Translations under genes and position numbers: made by a program
From: Anaerolineae bacterium
GTDB taxonomy: Bacteria > Chloroflexota > Anaerolineae > JAADDB01
Assembly (NCBI GenBank): GCA_015486845.1
Contig: WFQU01000129.1
Coordinates: 3,955 to 67,954, forward strand
Direction: 5' to 3'
DNA length: 64,000 bases
In this document: in pieces, positions 17,802 to 26,999 of the stretch
How positions within the stretch are numbered: position 1 is the first letter of the stretch
Layout of the letters: the number at the start of each line of letters is the position of its first letter
The notes under the pieces: generated by a model
The model's database searches: none
The model's input: the letters and a program-made list of their open reading frames with translations, nothing else
What the model was told of the DNA's origin: nothing

Positions 17802-18791
17802 ATGATCATGACAGTGAAATCCATCATTGAAGCGATACATGATACGATATTAGAAGAAATGCGCCGGGATCCGACCATTATCATTACCGGCGAAGACATT
17901 GGCAAGCGGGGCGGTGTTTTCCGAGCGACCCAAGGCCTTTACGATGAGTTCGGCCCCATGCGGGTCATCGACAGCCCGCTTTCGGAACTTTCCATCATTG
18001 GCACGGGCATTGGCATGGCGATCAACGGCCTGCATCCAATTTGCGAAATCCAGTTCGCGGATTTCATTTTCCCCGCTTTCAACCAGATCGTCAACGAAGC
18101 GGCCCGTATCCGTTACCGATCAAACGGTGCCTATACTTGCCCCATGGTGATCCGGGCGCCGTACGGCGGCGGTATTGGCGGGGGCTTGTACCATTCCCAA
18201 TCCGTAGAAGCGTATTTTGCCCACGTGCCGGGGCTCTACGTTTTAGCACCTTCTACCCCTTACGACGCCAAAGGTCTGTTGCGCACGGCATTGCGCACGC
18301 CAGATCCGGTTCTCTTCCTAGAACACAAAAAGACGTATAGGCTGGTCAAAGGGGAAGTGCCGGATGAAGACTATCTCGTTCCCATTGGCAAAGCAAATGT
18401 TGTTCGGGCCGGCGATGATCTGACCGTCATTAGCTACGGTTTGATGTTGCATGAAACATTGAAAGCGGCAGAGATCGTCGGCCGAGAGGGGATTAGCGTA
18501 GAAGTAATCGATTTGCGCACTTTGCATCCGTTGGACAAAGAGACGATTCTGGCTTCGGTAGCAAAAACGAGCAAAGTGCTCACCGTACACGAGGATAATT
18601 TGACCGGCGGTTTAGGTGCGGAGATCAGTGCCATTATTGCTTCTGAAGGATTCGAGGATTTAGACGCACCAATTCGCCGCTACGCCGGCCCAGATATTCC
18701 GGGGGTGCCGTTTAGCCCGCCCATGCAGGATTTCTTCATGCCTAACGCGGCAAAGATCGCCAACCAAATCCGTGACTTAGCCGCTTATTGA
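17802..18791 (+). CDS. 2-oxoacid dehydrogenase E1 component, beta subunit
   Basis: Transketolase-like pyrimidine-binding and C-terminal domains. 329 aa. Confidence 0.9.
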   Translation: MIMTVKSIIEAIHDTILEEMRRDPTIIITGEDIGKRGGVFRATQGLYDEFGPMRVIDSPLSELSIIGTGIGMAINGLHPICEIQFADFIFPAFNQIVNEAARIRYRSNGAYTCPMVIRAPYGGGIGGGLYHSQSVEAYFAHVPGLYVLAPSTPYDAKGLLRTALRTPDPVLFLEHKKTYRLVKGEVPDEDYLVPIGKANVVRAGDDLTVISYGLMLHETLKAAEIVGREGISVEVIDLRTLHPLDKETILASVAKTSKVLTVHEDNLTGGLGAEISAIIASEGFEDLDAPIRRYAGPDIPGVPFSPPMQDFFMPNAAKIANQIRDLAAY

Positions 18792-18870
18792 CGCTTTTTG
18801 CGTCTCTGCACTGAGTTCTTTGGGTTCTGGTTCGTCCAGGGTAGAAATATAGCGCTAAAAGGAGACAAAA

Positions 18871-20352
18871 TTGGCTGAATATATCGTTATGCCCCAATTA
18901 GGGGAGAGCATTGTTGAAGGAACGGTCAGCAAGTGGCTGGTAAAAGAAGGCGATCCGGTTAAACGCTACGACCCCGTTTTGGAAGTTGGCAGTGACAAGG
19001 TGGACACCGAGGTGACTTCCACAGCGGACGGGGCCATTCTGCGCATCGTGGTACCGGAGGGCAAGACGGTGAAAGCCGGCACGATTTTAGCTGTGGTCGG
19101 CCAGCCTGGCGAGGCAATTGGCGAGATTCCCGCAGCCATCGCGTTGCACGCTGCCGAAACAACCCCCGCGGAAGCAGCCCCACCATCACCACCGGCTATC
19201 ACGCCGGTTGTGGCCCGCATGGCTGCGGAACACAACCTGGATCTAATGAAAATCAAAGGTAGCGGCGCCGGGGGGCGGATCACCAAAAAAGACGTGCTGG
19301 ACTATTTAGCGCAACGCCAGGCAGCAGAGAAAGTGATCGAATTGCCGCCGTGGGAACAGCCCGGCAGCGGCGATCTCTTCAAGCCAACCGATCAATTCGT
19401 GAAAGAGGTCGTTTCAGCGAAGCCAGAACCGAGGGTTCCACCTCAGCCAGGCCAAAAAGCGCTGGCCATCAGTCCTGTGGTGGCTCGTTTGGCAGCACAA
19501 CACGGGGTGGATCTCAATGCCGTGCGCGGTAGTGGTGCCGGAGGGCGGATCACCAAAAAGGATATTTTGGCTTTCGTGGAAGGGCGTAAAACAGCGCCGG
19601 CCGCTCAGCCTGTGCCGCTCGCCACACCTGTTCCGCCGCCATCATTCATCGCGCCGGCGCCGGCGGCGGGTGAAGATGAAGTAGTTGTGCCGCTGACCCG
19701 CATGCGCCGGCTCATTGCGGAGCACATGGTGCTGAGTAAGCACACCGCACCCCATGCTACCAGTGTCATGGAAGCAAATTTGAGCAAAGTAGTAGCGCAC
19801 CGGGCCGCAAACAAAGACGCTTTTGCCGCCAAAGGTGTACGACTTACTTTCATGCCCTATTTCGTGCAGGCCACGGTGACCGCGTTAAAAGCCGTGCCGG
19901 AAATGAACAGCATTTTCCGGGAAGACGCGTTAGTACTGAAGCGGCGCATTCATATTGGCATGGCGGTGGCTATCCCCGACGGGCTGATGGTGCCGGTCCT
20001 TCGCGACGCGGATGAAAAGAACTTGTTAGGCTTGGCCCGGACGGTCAACGATTTGGCAGAACGGGCTCGTTTGGGTAAGCTATCCCCGGGTGAATTGGGA
20101 GGCAGCACATTTTCAATCACCAATCATGGCACTGGCGGCAGTCTTTTTGCGGCGCCAGTCATCAACCAGCCCAACGTGGGCATTTTGGGGATCGGCATTA
20201 TCCAGAAACGGGTTGTGGTAATCGACGATGCCATCGCCATCCGGCCGATGGTTTATTTGAGCTTGTCTTTTGACCACAGAGCCGTAGACGGCGCCGGGGC
20301 GGACCGGTTTTTGTTAGTCGTTAAAGAGACGTTGGAGAATTGGACAGCATAA
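18871..20352 (+). CDS. Dihydrolipoamide acyltransferase (E2) with one lipoyl domain, two peripheral-subunit-binding domains and the catalytic domain
   Basis: Lipoyl-lysine motif (VGSDKVDTEV). Two PSBD copies are present (PVVARMAAEHNLDLMKIKGSGAGGRITKKDVLDYL and PVVARLAAQHGVDLNAVRGSGAGGRITKKDILAFV). The catalytic DHRAVDGA motif is present. Confidence 0.9.
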   Translation: MAEYIVMPQLGESIVEGTVSKWLVKEGDPVKRYDPVLEVGSDKVDTEVTSTADGAILRIVVPEGKTVKAGTILAVVGQPGEAIGEIPAAIALHAAETTPAEAAPPSPPAITPVVARMAAEHNLDLMKIKGSGAGGRITKKDVLDYLAQRQAAEKVIELPPWEQPGSGDLFKPTDQFVKEVVSAKPEPRVPPQPGQKALAISPVVARLAAQHGVDLNAVRGSGAGGRITKKDILAFVEGRKTAPAAQPVPLATPVPPPSFIAPAPAAGEDEVVVPLTRMRRLIAEHMVLSKHTAPHATSVMEANLSKVVAHRAANKDAFAAKGVRLTFMPYFVQATVTALKAVPEMNSIFREDALVLKRRIHIGMAVAIPDGLMVPVLRDADEKNLLGLARTVNDLAERARLGKLSPGELGGSTFSITNHGTGGSLFAAPVINQPNVGILGIGIIQKRVVVIDDAIAIRPMVYLSLSFDHRAVDGAGADRFLLVVKETLENWTA

Positions 20353-20463
20353 CTTTTACACGCTACGGGCTATGCCGTATGGGGTACGACGCCCCGGCAT
20401 AGTCCGTAGCAAAGGTCATTTTTCCGCTCGCACAGTAATAGTAGAATGGAGGGGAAGAGAAAC

Positions 20464-21870
20464 ATGCGCGAAGAAAAAGTTTACGATGTGATTATTTTAG
20501 GCGGTGGGCCGGGCGGCTATGTGGCTGCGATTCGAGCTGCTCAATTGGGCTTACAAACGGCCATTGTCGAACGTGAGGCATTGGGCGGCATCTGTCTGAA
20601 CTGGGGGTGTGTGCCCACCAAAGCGTTGTTGCGCAACGCAGAATTAATGCACACCTTGCAGCATCGACAGCAAGAATTCGGTTTTAGCTTCGATAATTTC
20701 CAGGCTGATTACGGCGTGGCCATGGCGCGCAGCCGCCAGGTGTCGCAGCGGCTGGTCAAAGGGGTAGGCTTTTTAATGCGCAAGAACAATGTGGACGTTT
20801 TTTACGGCAGAGGGAAACTCCTTTCGCCTACACAGATTGCCATTACTGACGACAAAAATGTGACCCAAGTGCTAACCACCCGCCATATTATCGTGGCCAC
20901 AGGCGCCCGGCCGCGAGCTATCCCCGGCATGGAGGTAGACGGCAAAACGGTGGTCACGTACCGACAGGCCATTGTACAAAAAGATCTGCCCAAAGCGGCT
21001 ATTATCATCGGCGCCGGCGCTATCGGTGTCGAATTCGGCTATGTCTGGCACAATTACGGCGTGGACGTGACCATCGTGGAGATGCTGCCCCGGGTTGTGC
21101 CGTTGGAAGATGAGGAAGTCAGCAAAGAATTGGCCCGCGCTTTCCGCAAGCTGAAAATCAAAACGCTCACCAACAGCAAAGTGACCGATTTGCAGACGGA
21201 CGAGAAAGGCGCCCAGGTAACCATCAGTGGGGCGGATGGGAAGACAGAGACATTGATGGCAGATGAAGTGTTGGTTTCCATCGGCGTGCAGCCCAATTCC
21301 GATGACATCGGCTTAGAGGCGTTAGGCGTACATACGGAACGAGGCTATATCGTTATCGACGATAAAATGCGCACCAACGTGCCGGGCATTTACGCCGTAG
21401 GGGACGTGACCGGCAAGGTGATGTTGGCTCATGTGGCGCAAGCGCAAGGAATTGTGGCGGCGGAGAGTATTGCAGGGGCACAGAGCATCGTCCTGGATTA
21501 CACCATGATGCCGCACGCCACGTATACCCAGCCGCAGATCGCCAGTTTCGGTCTCACGGAAGCACAAGCCAAAGAACATGGCTACGAGATTAACGTGGGC
21601 AAGTTCCCGTTCCAAGCCAACGGCAAAGCGCTTGGTTTGGGCGACTATCAAGGTTTCGTGAAGATTATCACCGACAAACGCTACGGCGAAATTTTAGGTG
21701 CCCATATGATCGGCCCAGAAGTGACCGAATTATTGCCAGAACTGACCTTGGCTCGTACCTGGGAATTGACGGCTAATGAGATTGCCCGCAATGTACACGC
21801 TCACCCGACCCTTTCCGAAGCGTTGATGGAAGCAGCACACGCAGTGGAAGGGAAAGCTATCCATATATGA
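20464..21870 (+). CDS. lpdA: Dihydrolipoyl dehydrogenase (E3)
   Basis: GGGPGGY FAD motif, redox-active CLNWGCVPTK, and the C-terminal HAHPTLSE dimerisation motif. The start was moved to MREEK. Confidence 0.9.
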   Translation: MREEKVYDVIILGGGPGGYVAAIRAAQLGLQTAIVEREALGGICLNWGCVPTKALLRNAELMHTLQHRQQEFGFSFDNFQADYGVAMARSRQVSQRLVKGVGFLMRKNNVDVFYGRGKLLSPTQIAITDDKNVTQVLTTRHIIVATGARPRAIPGMEVDGKTVVTYRQAIVQKDLPKAAIIIGAGAIGVEFGYVWHNYGVDVTIVEMLPRVVPLEDEEVSKELARAFRKLKIKTLTNSKVTDLQTDEKGAQVTISGADGKTETLMADEVLVSIGVQPNSDDIGLEALGVHTERGYIVIDDKMRTNVPGIYAVGDVTGKVMLAHVAQAQGIVAAESIAGAQSIVLDYTMMPHATYTQPQIASFGLTEAQAKEHGYEINVGKFPFQANGKALGLGDYQGFVKIITDKRYGEILGAHMIGPEVTELLPELTLARTWELTANEIARNVHAHPTLSEALMEAAHAVEGKAIHI

Positions 21871-22055
21871 GATCGATTCCGCAGGACAGCGACCGGCTGG
21901 TCTAAGCAGCGACCAATGACCTGTTTAATTCGTTTGACCATCTTAGCTGGGGGAACGCTTTTCGGAAGAGTTGGAGGGGAACCGTACGGTTCCCCTGCTG
22001 GGAGCTCGAGGGTAGAGCCCTCGAAAAAGAAAAAGGGAGGCGAGATCATCTTTGA

Positions 22056-22400
22056 CTAGAAGTTCAACTTCTTCAAGAAGTTGAACTTCTAGAACGGCAA
22101 CATCTGCAAAATCGCCCTACGGCGATTAGCATGCAACCTGCGTAGGCAAGTTTCGCAGCTGTGGCAGCGATTTCTAATCGCAGGGCGAAGCAGCCTGTGT
22201 TGACCTACGTCCCATTCCGGTGGGCCGGCCCCTTGCCGCCGCGGCGGCGGGGTACGTCGGTCCGCTGCCAAGAGGCTGCTCAACACCAGCCCCCTTTTAG
22301 GGGGCTTCTTGGCGACGTAGTACGGGGATTTGACCCCCGTGCGCTCGGGCGGAGAACGCTGTCGATTGGAAGTTCAACTTCTCGCAGAAGTTGAACTTCT
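22056..22400. repeat. Repeat cluster made of hairpin H (22056..22093), an inverted R1-family copy (22089..22200), an R2 copy (22210..22365) and a second hairpin H (22369..22399)
   Basis: The sequence ctaGAAGTTCAACTTCTtcaAGAAGTTGAACTTCtag is followed by acatctgcaaaatcgccctacggcgatt..., then the R2 core and GAAGTTCAACTTCTcgcAGAAGTTGAACTTC. The track ORFs 22089..22286, 22161..22394 and 22280..22494 lie inside the repeats. Confidence 0.85.
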
Positions 22401-22514
22401 TTAAAAAATTGACCACGCATGTTGTTGTTGCCTGGAACGTTGTCGGCGTTGGGGATAGTTTTGCGCCAATCAGCCATGACATAACGGAGTCCATTTTTGA
22501 CTATTGTTTTTTTA

Positions 22515-22566
22515 TCTGCGTGCGCAGCCTGCGTTAATCTGCGTCCTATTTTTATTTTCAGAGGAG
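22515..22566 (+). repeat. Leader module L (ttatctgcgtgcgcagcctgcgttaatctgcgtcctatttttattttcagaggag), positioned 75 nt upstream of the fabD start
   Basis: Near-identical blocks occur at 50715..50782 (where it supplies the secG Shine-Dalgarno) and at 59135..59203. Confidence 0.8.
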
Positions 22567-22641
22567 ATTGATTTTAATCTCTGCACCTTAGCGGCTCCGC
22601 GTCGAGCTTTTAGTTCCGGCCTGTCCCGGTTAGGAGAATTC

Positions 22642-23592
22642 ATGAAAAAAGCAGCTTTTATTTTTCCAGGCCAGGGCTCACAATTCGTGGGCATGGGGAA
22701 ATCATTAGCCGAAAAATATCCGTTGGCCCGGCAAACTTTCGCCGAGGCGGACGAATTATTAGGCTTTCCGCTGAGCGAACTCTGTTTTGACGGCCCGGCG
22801 GAGCAATTGAACGATACCATCAACACCCAACCTGCCCTTTTCGTGGTCAGCATGGCCGCGTTTCGAGTCTTGCAAGCGGAACTGCCGGCATGGCAACCAT
22901 CAGCCGTGGCCGGGCACAGTTTAGGCGAGTACTCAGCCTTGACGGCAGCCGGCGCGCTTTCTTTTGCCGATGGCCTCCGTTTGGTACGAGAACGCGGCCG
23001 GCTGATGAAACAAGCCGGCGAAGTGTCCCCCGGCGGCATGGCCGCGGTCTTAGGACTGACAGCGGAACAAGTGGCAGCAATCTGCCGGGAAGCCAGCGAC
23101 GGGCAAACAGCGGTACAAATTGCCAATGACAATTGTCCCGGGCAGATCGTGATTTCCGGCCACAAAGAGGCGGTAGAACGGGCTTTGCCGCTTGCTCAGG
23201 CAATGGGCGCACGCCGGGTCGTGCCGTTAGCCGTGAGCATCGCTGCCCATTCGCCATTAATGGCGCCCATCGCCGCTGATTTTGCGGCTGCTATCGAGGC
23301 AACGCCGCTACACTTACCCACACTGCCGGTGGTGGCCAACGCCAGCGCCGCGCCGGTGCACAATCTAACCGAAATGAAGCAGCTTCTGGCCGCCCAATTA
23401 ACCTCGCAGGTGCGTTGGACTACATCGGTGCGCTATTTGCTAAATGAGGGCATCGACACGTTCATCGAAGTTGGCCCGGGCAACGTTTTAATCGGCCTGG
23501 TTAAACGCATTGACCGCAAAACAGAACGTTTAGCCATCGGCACAGCCGCAGAAATAGAGAAACATAAAGCGAAAACGGAGAAACAAGCATGA
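22642..23592 (+). CDS. fabD: Malonyl CoA-ACP transacylase
   Basis: The start MKKAAFIFPGQGSQ lies after an AGGAG ribosome-binding site. The GHSLGE active-site motif is present. Confidence 0.9.
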   Translation: MKKAAFIFPGQGSQFVGMGKSLAEKYPLARQTFAEADELLGFPLSELCFDGPAEQLNDTINTQPALFVVSMAAFRVLQAELPAWQPSAVAGHSLGEYSALTAAGALSFADGLRLVRERGRLMKQAGEVSPGGMAAVLGLTAEQVAAICREASDGQTAVQIANDNCPGQIVISGHKEAVERALPLAQAMGARRVVPLAVSIAAHSPLMAPIAADFAAAIEATPLHLPTLPVVANASAAPVHNLTEMKQLLAAQLTSQVRWTTSVRYLLNEGIDTFIEVGPGNVLIGLVKRIDRKTERLAIGTAAEIEKHKAKTEKQA

Positions 23593-24338
23593 ACGGTTTA
23601 CAAGATAAAATTGCTGTGGTAACCGGCGCCTCCCGAGGCATTGGCCGAGGTATTGCACAGCGCTTGGCCGCTGAAGGAGTAACCGTCATCATCAATTACC
23701 ATCACAGCGCCGAGGCGGCAGCGGAAGTTGTGGCAGAGATCGAAGCCGCCGGCGGCCAGGCAGTGGCTATGCAGGCTGATGTGAGCCAGTTTGCCGAGGC
23801 CCAAGCGTTGATCAAACAAGTGAAAAAGCAGTTCGGCCGCATCGATATTTTAGTCAACAACGCCGGCACCACCCGTGATAATCTCATCCTCTTAATGAAA
23901 GAAGCGGAATGGGACACGGTTATTGAGACAAATCTGAAAAGCGTGTATAATTGCAGTAAGGCAGCCGTCCGTTTTATGATCAAACAACGCAGCGGCCGCA
24001 TCATCAACATTACTTCGGTAGTAGGCCTTTCGGGGCAGGCCGGGCAGACCAATTATGCCGCATCGAAAGCGGGTATCATCGGCTTCACCAAGAGTTTGGC
24101 CAAAGAAGTCGGTTCACGTCACGTGACGGTGAATGCCATTGCGCCAGGCTTTGTGCTCACAGCTTTGACCGAGGTGTTGCCAGAAGAAATGCAAGCGCAG
24201 ATTATTGCTGCCACGCCTTTGGGGCGCATGGGAAACGCCGAGGATATTGCCGGCACGGTAGCTTTTCTGGCTTCCGATGACGCTTCTTTCATCACTGGCC
24301 AAGTGATCTCGGTCGATGGTGGATTAGTAATGCAATAG
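23589..24338 (+). CDS. fabG: 3-oxoacyl-ACP reductase
   Basis: Short-chain dehydrogenase/reductase: TGASRGIG, NNAG, and YAASKAG catalytic motif. Its start overlaps the fabD stop (ATGA). Confidence 0.9.
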   Translation: MNGLQDKIAVVTGASRGIGRGIAQRLAAEGVTVIINYHHSAEAAAEVVAEIEAAGGQAVAMQADVSQFAEAQALIKQVKKQFGRIDILVNNAGTTRDNLILLMKEAEWDTVIETNLKSVYNCSKAAVRFMIKQRSGRIINITSVVGLSGQAGQTNYAASKAGIIGFTKSLAKEVGSRHVTVNAIAPGFVLTALTEVLPEEMQAQIIAATPLGRMGNAEDIAGTVAFLASDDASFITGQVISVDGGLVMQ

Positions 24339-24344
24339 AACTCA

Positions 24345-24740
24345 GTGGGGGAGGAGATATACAATATGGACGACGCACCAGGTCGCATTACCATTGCGCC
24401 AGATGTCCTATTGACCATTATCCGGCGTTCTGTCTTAAATCAGCCGGGCGTTGTAGAATTAGTCGGGAAACCGACACATTTGACCGAAGAAAGACGTCAT
24501 GCCCAAAAAGCGAAAGCGGAAGGCATTCGTATTATCATCGATGATAGCGGCGTCGGCATTGGTCTGCGGCTCATCGCGCGCAAAGAAAAAGGAATCTCCG
24601 TGCACATGTTAGCTACGAAAATTCAGAAAGATGTGGCTCGTTCCATTGAAACGATCACCGGTTTATCAGTGCATACAGTGGATGTACACATCGAGGCTAT
24701 CAAACAATCCGAAAACAATGCCGAGTCCGATGCACGCTAA
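24345..24740 (+). CDS. Asp23/Gls24-family alkaline-shock/envelope-stress protein
   Basis: Asp23 pattern (RITIAPDVLLTIIRRSVLNQPGVVEL...). Confidence 0.7.
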   Translation: MGEEIYNMDDAPGRITIAPDVLLTIIRRSVLNQPGVVELVGKPTHLTEERRHAQKAKAEGIRIIIDDSGVGIGLRLIARKEKGISVHMLATKIQKDVARSIETITGLSVHTVDVHIEAIKQSENNAESDAR

Positions 24741-25212
24741 AGGGAAAGATCGCCACAAGGCACGTATCTTAGCCTTGCAGGCACTGTTCGAGTTAGACAT
24801 GACCCAGCACACGCCACAACAAGTCATTACCGAGCGTTTGGACGGAGATAAATTAGGTCCCAAGGGCACAGCGTTTTTTCAAGACTTATTAAATGGCGCT
24901 TTAGCGCACCGTGAGGAACTGGATCGGTACATTCAGGAATTGGCGCCAGAGCGGCCGGTGTCGCAATTAGCGGCCATTGATCGCAATATCTTGCGCTTAG
25001 CGATCTGGGAAATTTCTTCCGCTAAAATGCACACCCCTTATCGTGTCGCGATTAATGAGGCGATAGAGTTAGCCAAGACTTTTGGATCGAAAAGCACACC
25101 CCGGTTTGTAAACGGCGTTCTGGGCGGCATGGTTAATAAACATCCTGAATCTGTAGTGACGTTGTTAGATATAGCAAAGGGGGAAAAAAGAAGTTCTGCA
25201 CGTAATACATAA
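24718..25212 (+). CDS. nusB: Transcription antitermination factor NusB
   Basis: NusB pattern (ARILALQALFELD...). The start overlaps the asp23 end and is ambiguous between 24718 and 24730. Confidence 0.8.
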   Translation: MPSPMHAKGKDRHKARILALQALFELDMTQHTPQQVITERLDGDKLGPKGTAFFQDLLNGALAHREELDRYIQELAPERPVSQLAAIDRNILRLAIWEISSAKMHTPYRVAINEAIELAKTFGSKSTPRFVNGVLGGMVNKHPESVVTLLDIAKGEKRSSARNT

Positions 25213-25284
25213 CGTGTTGCCGGAGGCTACATAACGGCTCAGCCCAGGTCAAATGGAACGCTGATGGGCCCAGCGACAAAAGTC

Positions 25285-25435
25285 ACGGCAACAATCTGCA
25301 AAATCGCCCTACGGCGATTAGCTTGCAGCCTGCGCAGGCAGGTTTCGCAGCTGTGGCAGCGATTTCTAATCGCCGGACAAGGCAGACTGCGTTAATCAGC
25401 GTTCTATTTTCCAGAGCATTCTATTTTCAAAGGAG
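25285..25435. repeat. Inverted R1-family copy (caacaatctgcaaaatcgccctacggcgattagcttgcagcctgcgcaggcaggtttcgcagctgtggcagcgatttctaatcgcc...) fused to leader module L' (gcgttaatcagcgttctattttccagagcattctattttcaaaggag), which ends 10 nt before the next start codon
   Basis: Direct comparison with 2128..2503 (reverse complement) and with 22089..22200. Confidence 0.8.
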
Positions 25436-25444
25436 ATTGTTTCA

Positions 25445-26767
25445 ATGGAGAAACAGCGGGTTTTAATTATGGGTGCTGCGGGACGTGATTTCCACAATTT
25501 CAACGTTTATCTTCGCGGCAACGAACATTATGAAGTGGTCGCCTTCACGGCGACACAAATTCCCAACATCGAGGGACGAGTTTATCCCTCCGAATTGGCC
25601 GGTCCCGGCTATTCAGAAGGAATTCCCATTTATCCGGAGGCGGAATTGGACCGCCTCATCAAAGAACTACACGTGCAGCAAGTCCTCTTCTCCTATTCTG
25701 ATGTGCCTTACGAATATGTGATGGGCCGGGCAGCCATTGTCCAGGCAGCCGGTGCAGATTTTCGTCTACTAGGGCCAAATAACACTATGTTGAATTCCAG
25801 CAAGCCGGTCATTGCCATTTGTGCCGTGCGCACGGGTTGCGGCAAAAGCCAAACCACCCGGCGCGTTGCTGAAATTCTCCGGCGCATAGGCAAGAAGGTC
25901 GTGGCAGTGCGGCATCCCATGCCCTACGGCAACCTGGTCGAACAGGCCGTGCAGCGGTTTGCCACTTACGAAGACTTAGATCGCTATCATTGCACCATTG
26001 AAGAGCGTGAAGAATACGAGCCGCATTTAGACCGCGGTGTGATTGTTTACGCCGGCGTGGACTACGAAGCGATTTTGCGTCAAGCAGAGCAGGAAGCAGA
26101 TGTAATCCTCTGGGATGGCGGCAATAATGATCTGCCGTTTTATCGTCCCAATTTGCACATCGTCGTGGTAGATCCACTGCGGCCGGGGCACGAGTTGCGC
26201 TATTACCCCGGCGAAACGAACCTACGCATGGCGGATATTGTCGTGGTAAACAAAGTGGACAGCGCCGACGAAGCAGCGGTTCGCCAGGTTATAGATAATG
26301 CCCGCCAGGTCAATCCGACAGCCACGATTCTGACCGCTGCATCGCCGATTTTTGTGGAAAACCCGGACGCCATCGCAGGCAAAAAGGTGCTGGTCATCGA
26401 GGATGGCCCGACGCTGACCCATGGTAGCATGTCCATTGGCGCCGGCTGGGTAGCTGCCCGCCGTTACGGTGCCGCCGAGATCGTCGACCCGCGTCCTTAC
26501 GCCGTTGGCTCCATCAAAGCAACGTACGCGAAATACCCCAACACCGGTAATGTGTTGCCGGCCATGGGCTATGGCGAAGAAATGATCCACGAACTGGAAG
26601 AAACGGTCAATGCTGCGCCGGTGGATTTGGTCATCGTGGGCACGCCCATCGACCTGCGCCGGGTGATGCATATCAAACATCCCGCGGATCGGGTGCGCTA
26701 TGAACTGCAAGTCATCGGCCGGCCCACACTGGAAGACATTTTGCAGCGCTGGCTGGAGAAGAAGTAG
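25445..26767 (+). CDS. P-loop NTPase resembling cyclic 2,3-diphosphoglycerate synthetase (cDPGS/DUF1611-related family). The assignment is tentative.
   Basis: 440 aa with an N-terminal Rossmann-like region (RVLIMGAAGRDFHNFN...EHYEVVAF) and a Walker A-like motif (AVRTGCGKSQTT). The family was recalled from memory and not verified. Confidence 0.4.
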   Translation: MEKQRVLIMGAAGRDFHNFNVYLRGNEHYEVVAFTATQIPNIEGRVYPSELAGPGYSEGIPIYPEAELDRLIKELHVQQVLFSYSDVPYEYVMGRAAIVQAAGADFRLLGPNNTMLNSSKPVIAICAVRTGCGKSQTTRRVAEILRRIGKKVVAVRHPMPYGNLVEQAVQRFATYEDLDRYHCTIEEREEYEPHLDRGVIVYAGVDYEAILRQAEQEADVILWDGGNNDLPFYRPNLHIVVVDPLRPGHELRYYPGETNLRMADIVVVNKVDSADEAAVRQVIDNARQVNPTATILTAASPIFVENPDAIAGKKVLVIEDGPTLTHGSMSIGAGWVAARRYGAAEIVDPRPYAVGSIKATYAKYPNTGNVLPAMGYGEEMIHELEETVNAAPVDLVIVGTPIDLRRVMHIKHPADRVRYELQVIGRPTLEDILQRWLEKK

Positions 26768-26999
26768 GAACAGCCGCGGCAAGACAAGTGGCTCAGAGTA
26801 AACATTCAAGCCACACCGTGGTTTGGTGTAAGCTATTCAAATCCTCAACATGAGGACGCTGAGGACCGCAGATAAAGCAGAAAAGATCAGCGAAAATCAG
26901 CGTCATCAGCGTTCCATTTGATCTTAGCTGAGCACGAACGATCCTGTTTCTAAATATGTCCGTTCAATCAATATCTCACAAGCAAAAAGGAGGTTATTC

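Noticed and set aside
21940-22050. Hairpins after lpdA (GGGGAACCGTACGGTTCCCC; CTCGAGGGtagaGCCCTCGAG followed by aaaaagaaaaag)
   Set aside because: The A-rich tract follows rather than T-rich, so it is not a convincing terminator for the plus-strand operon. It may be a structural part of the adjacent repeat cluster.
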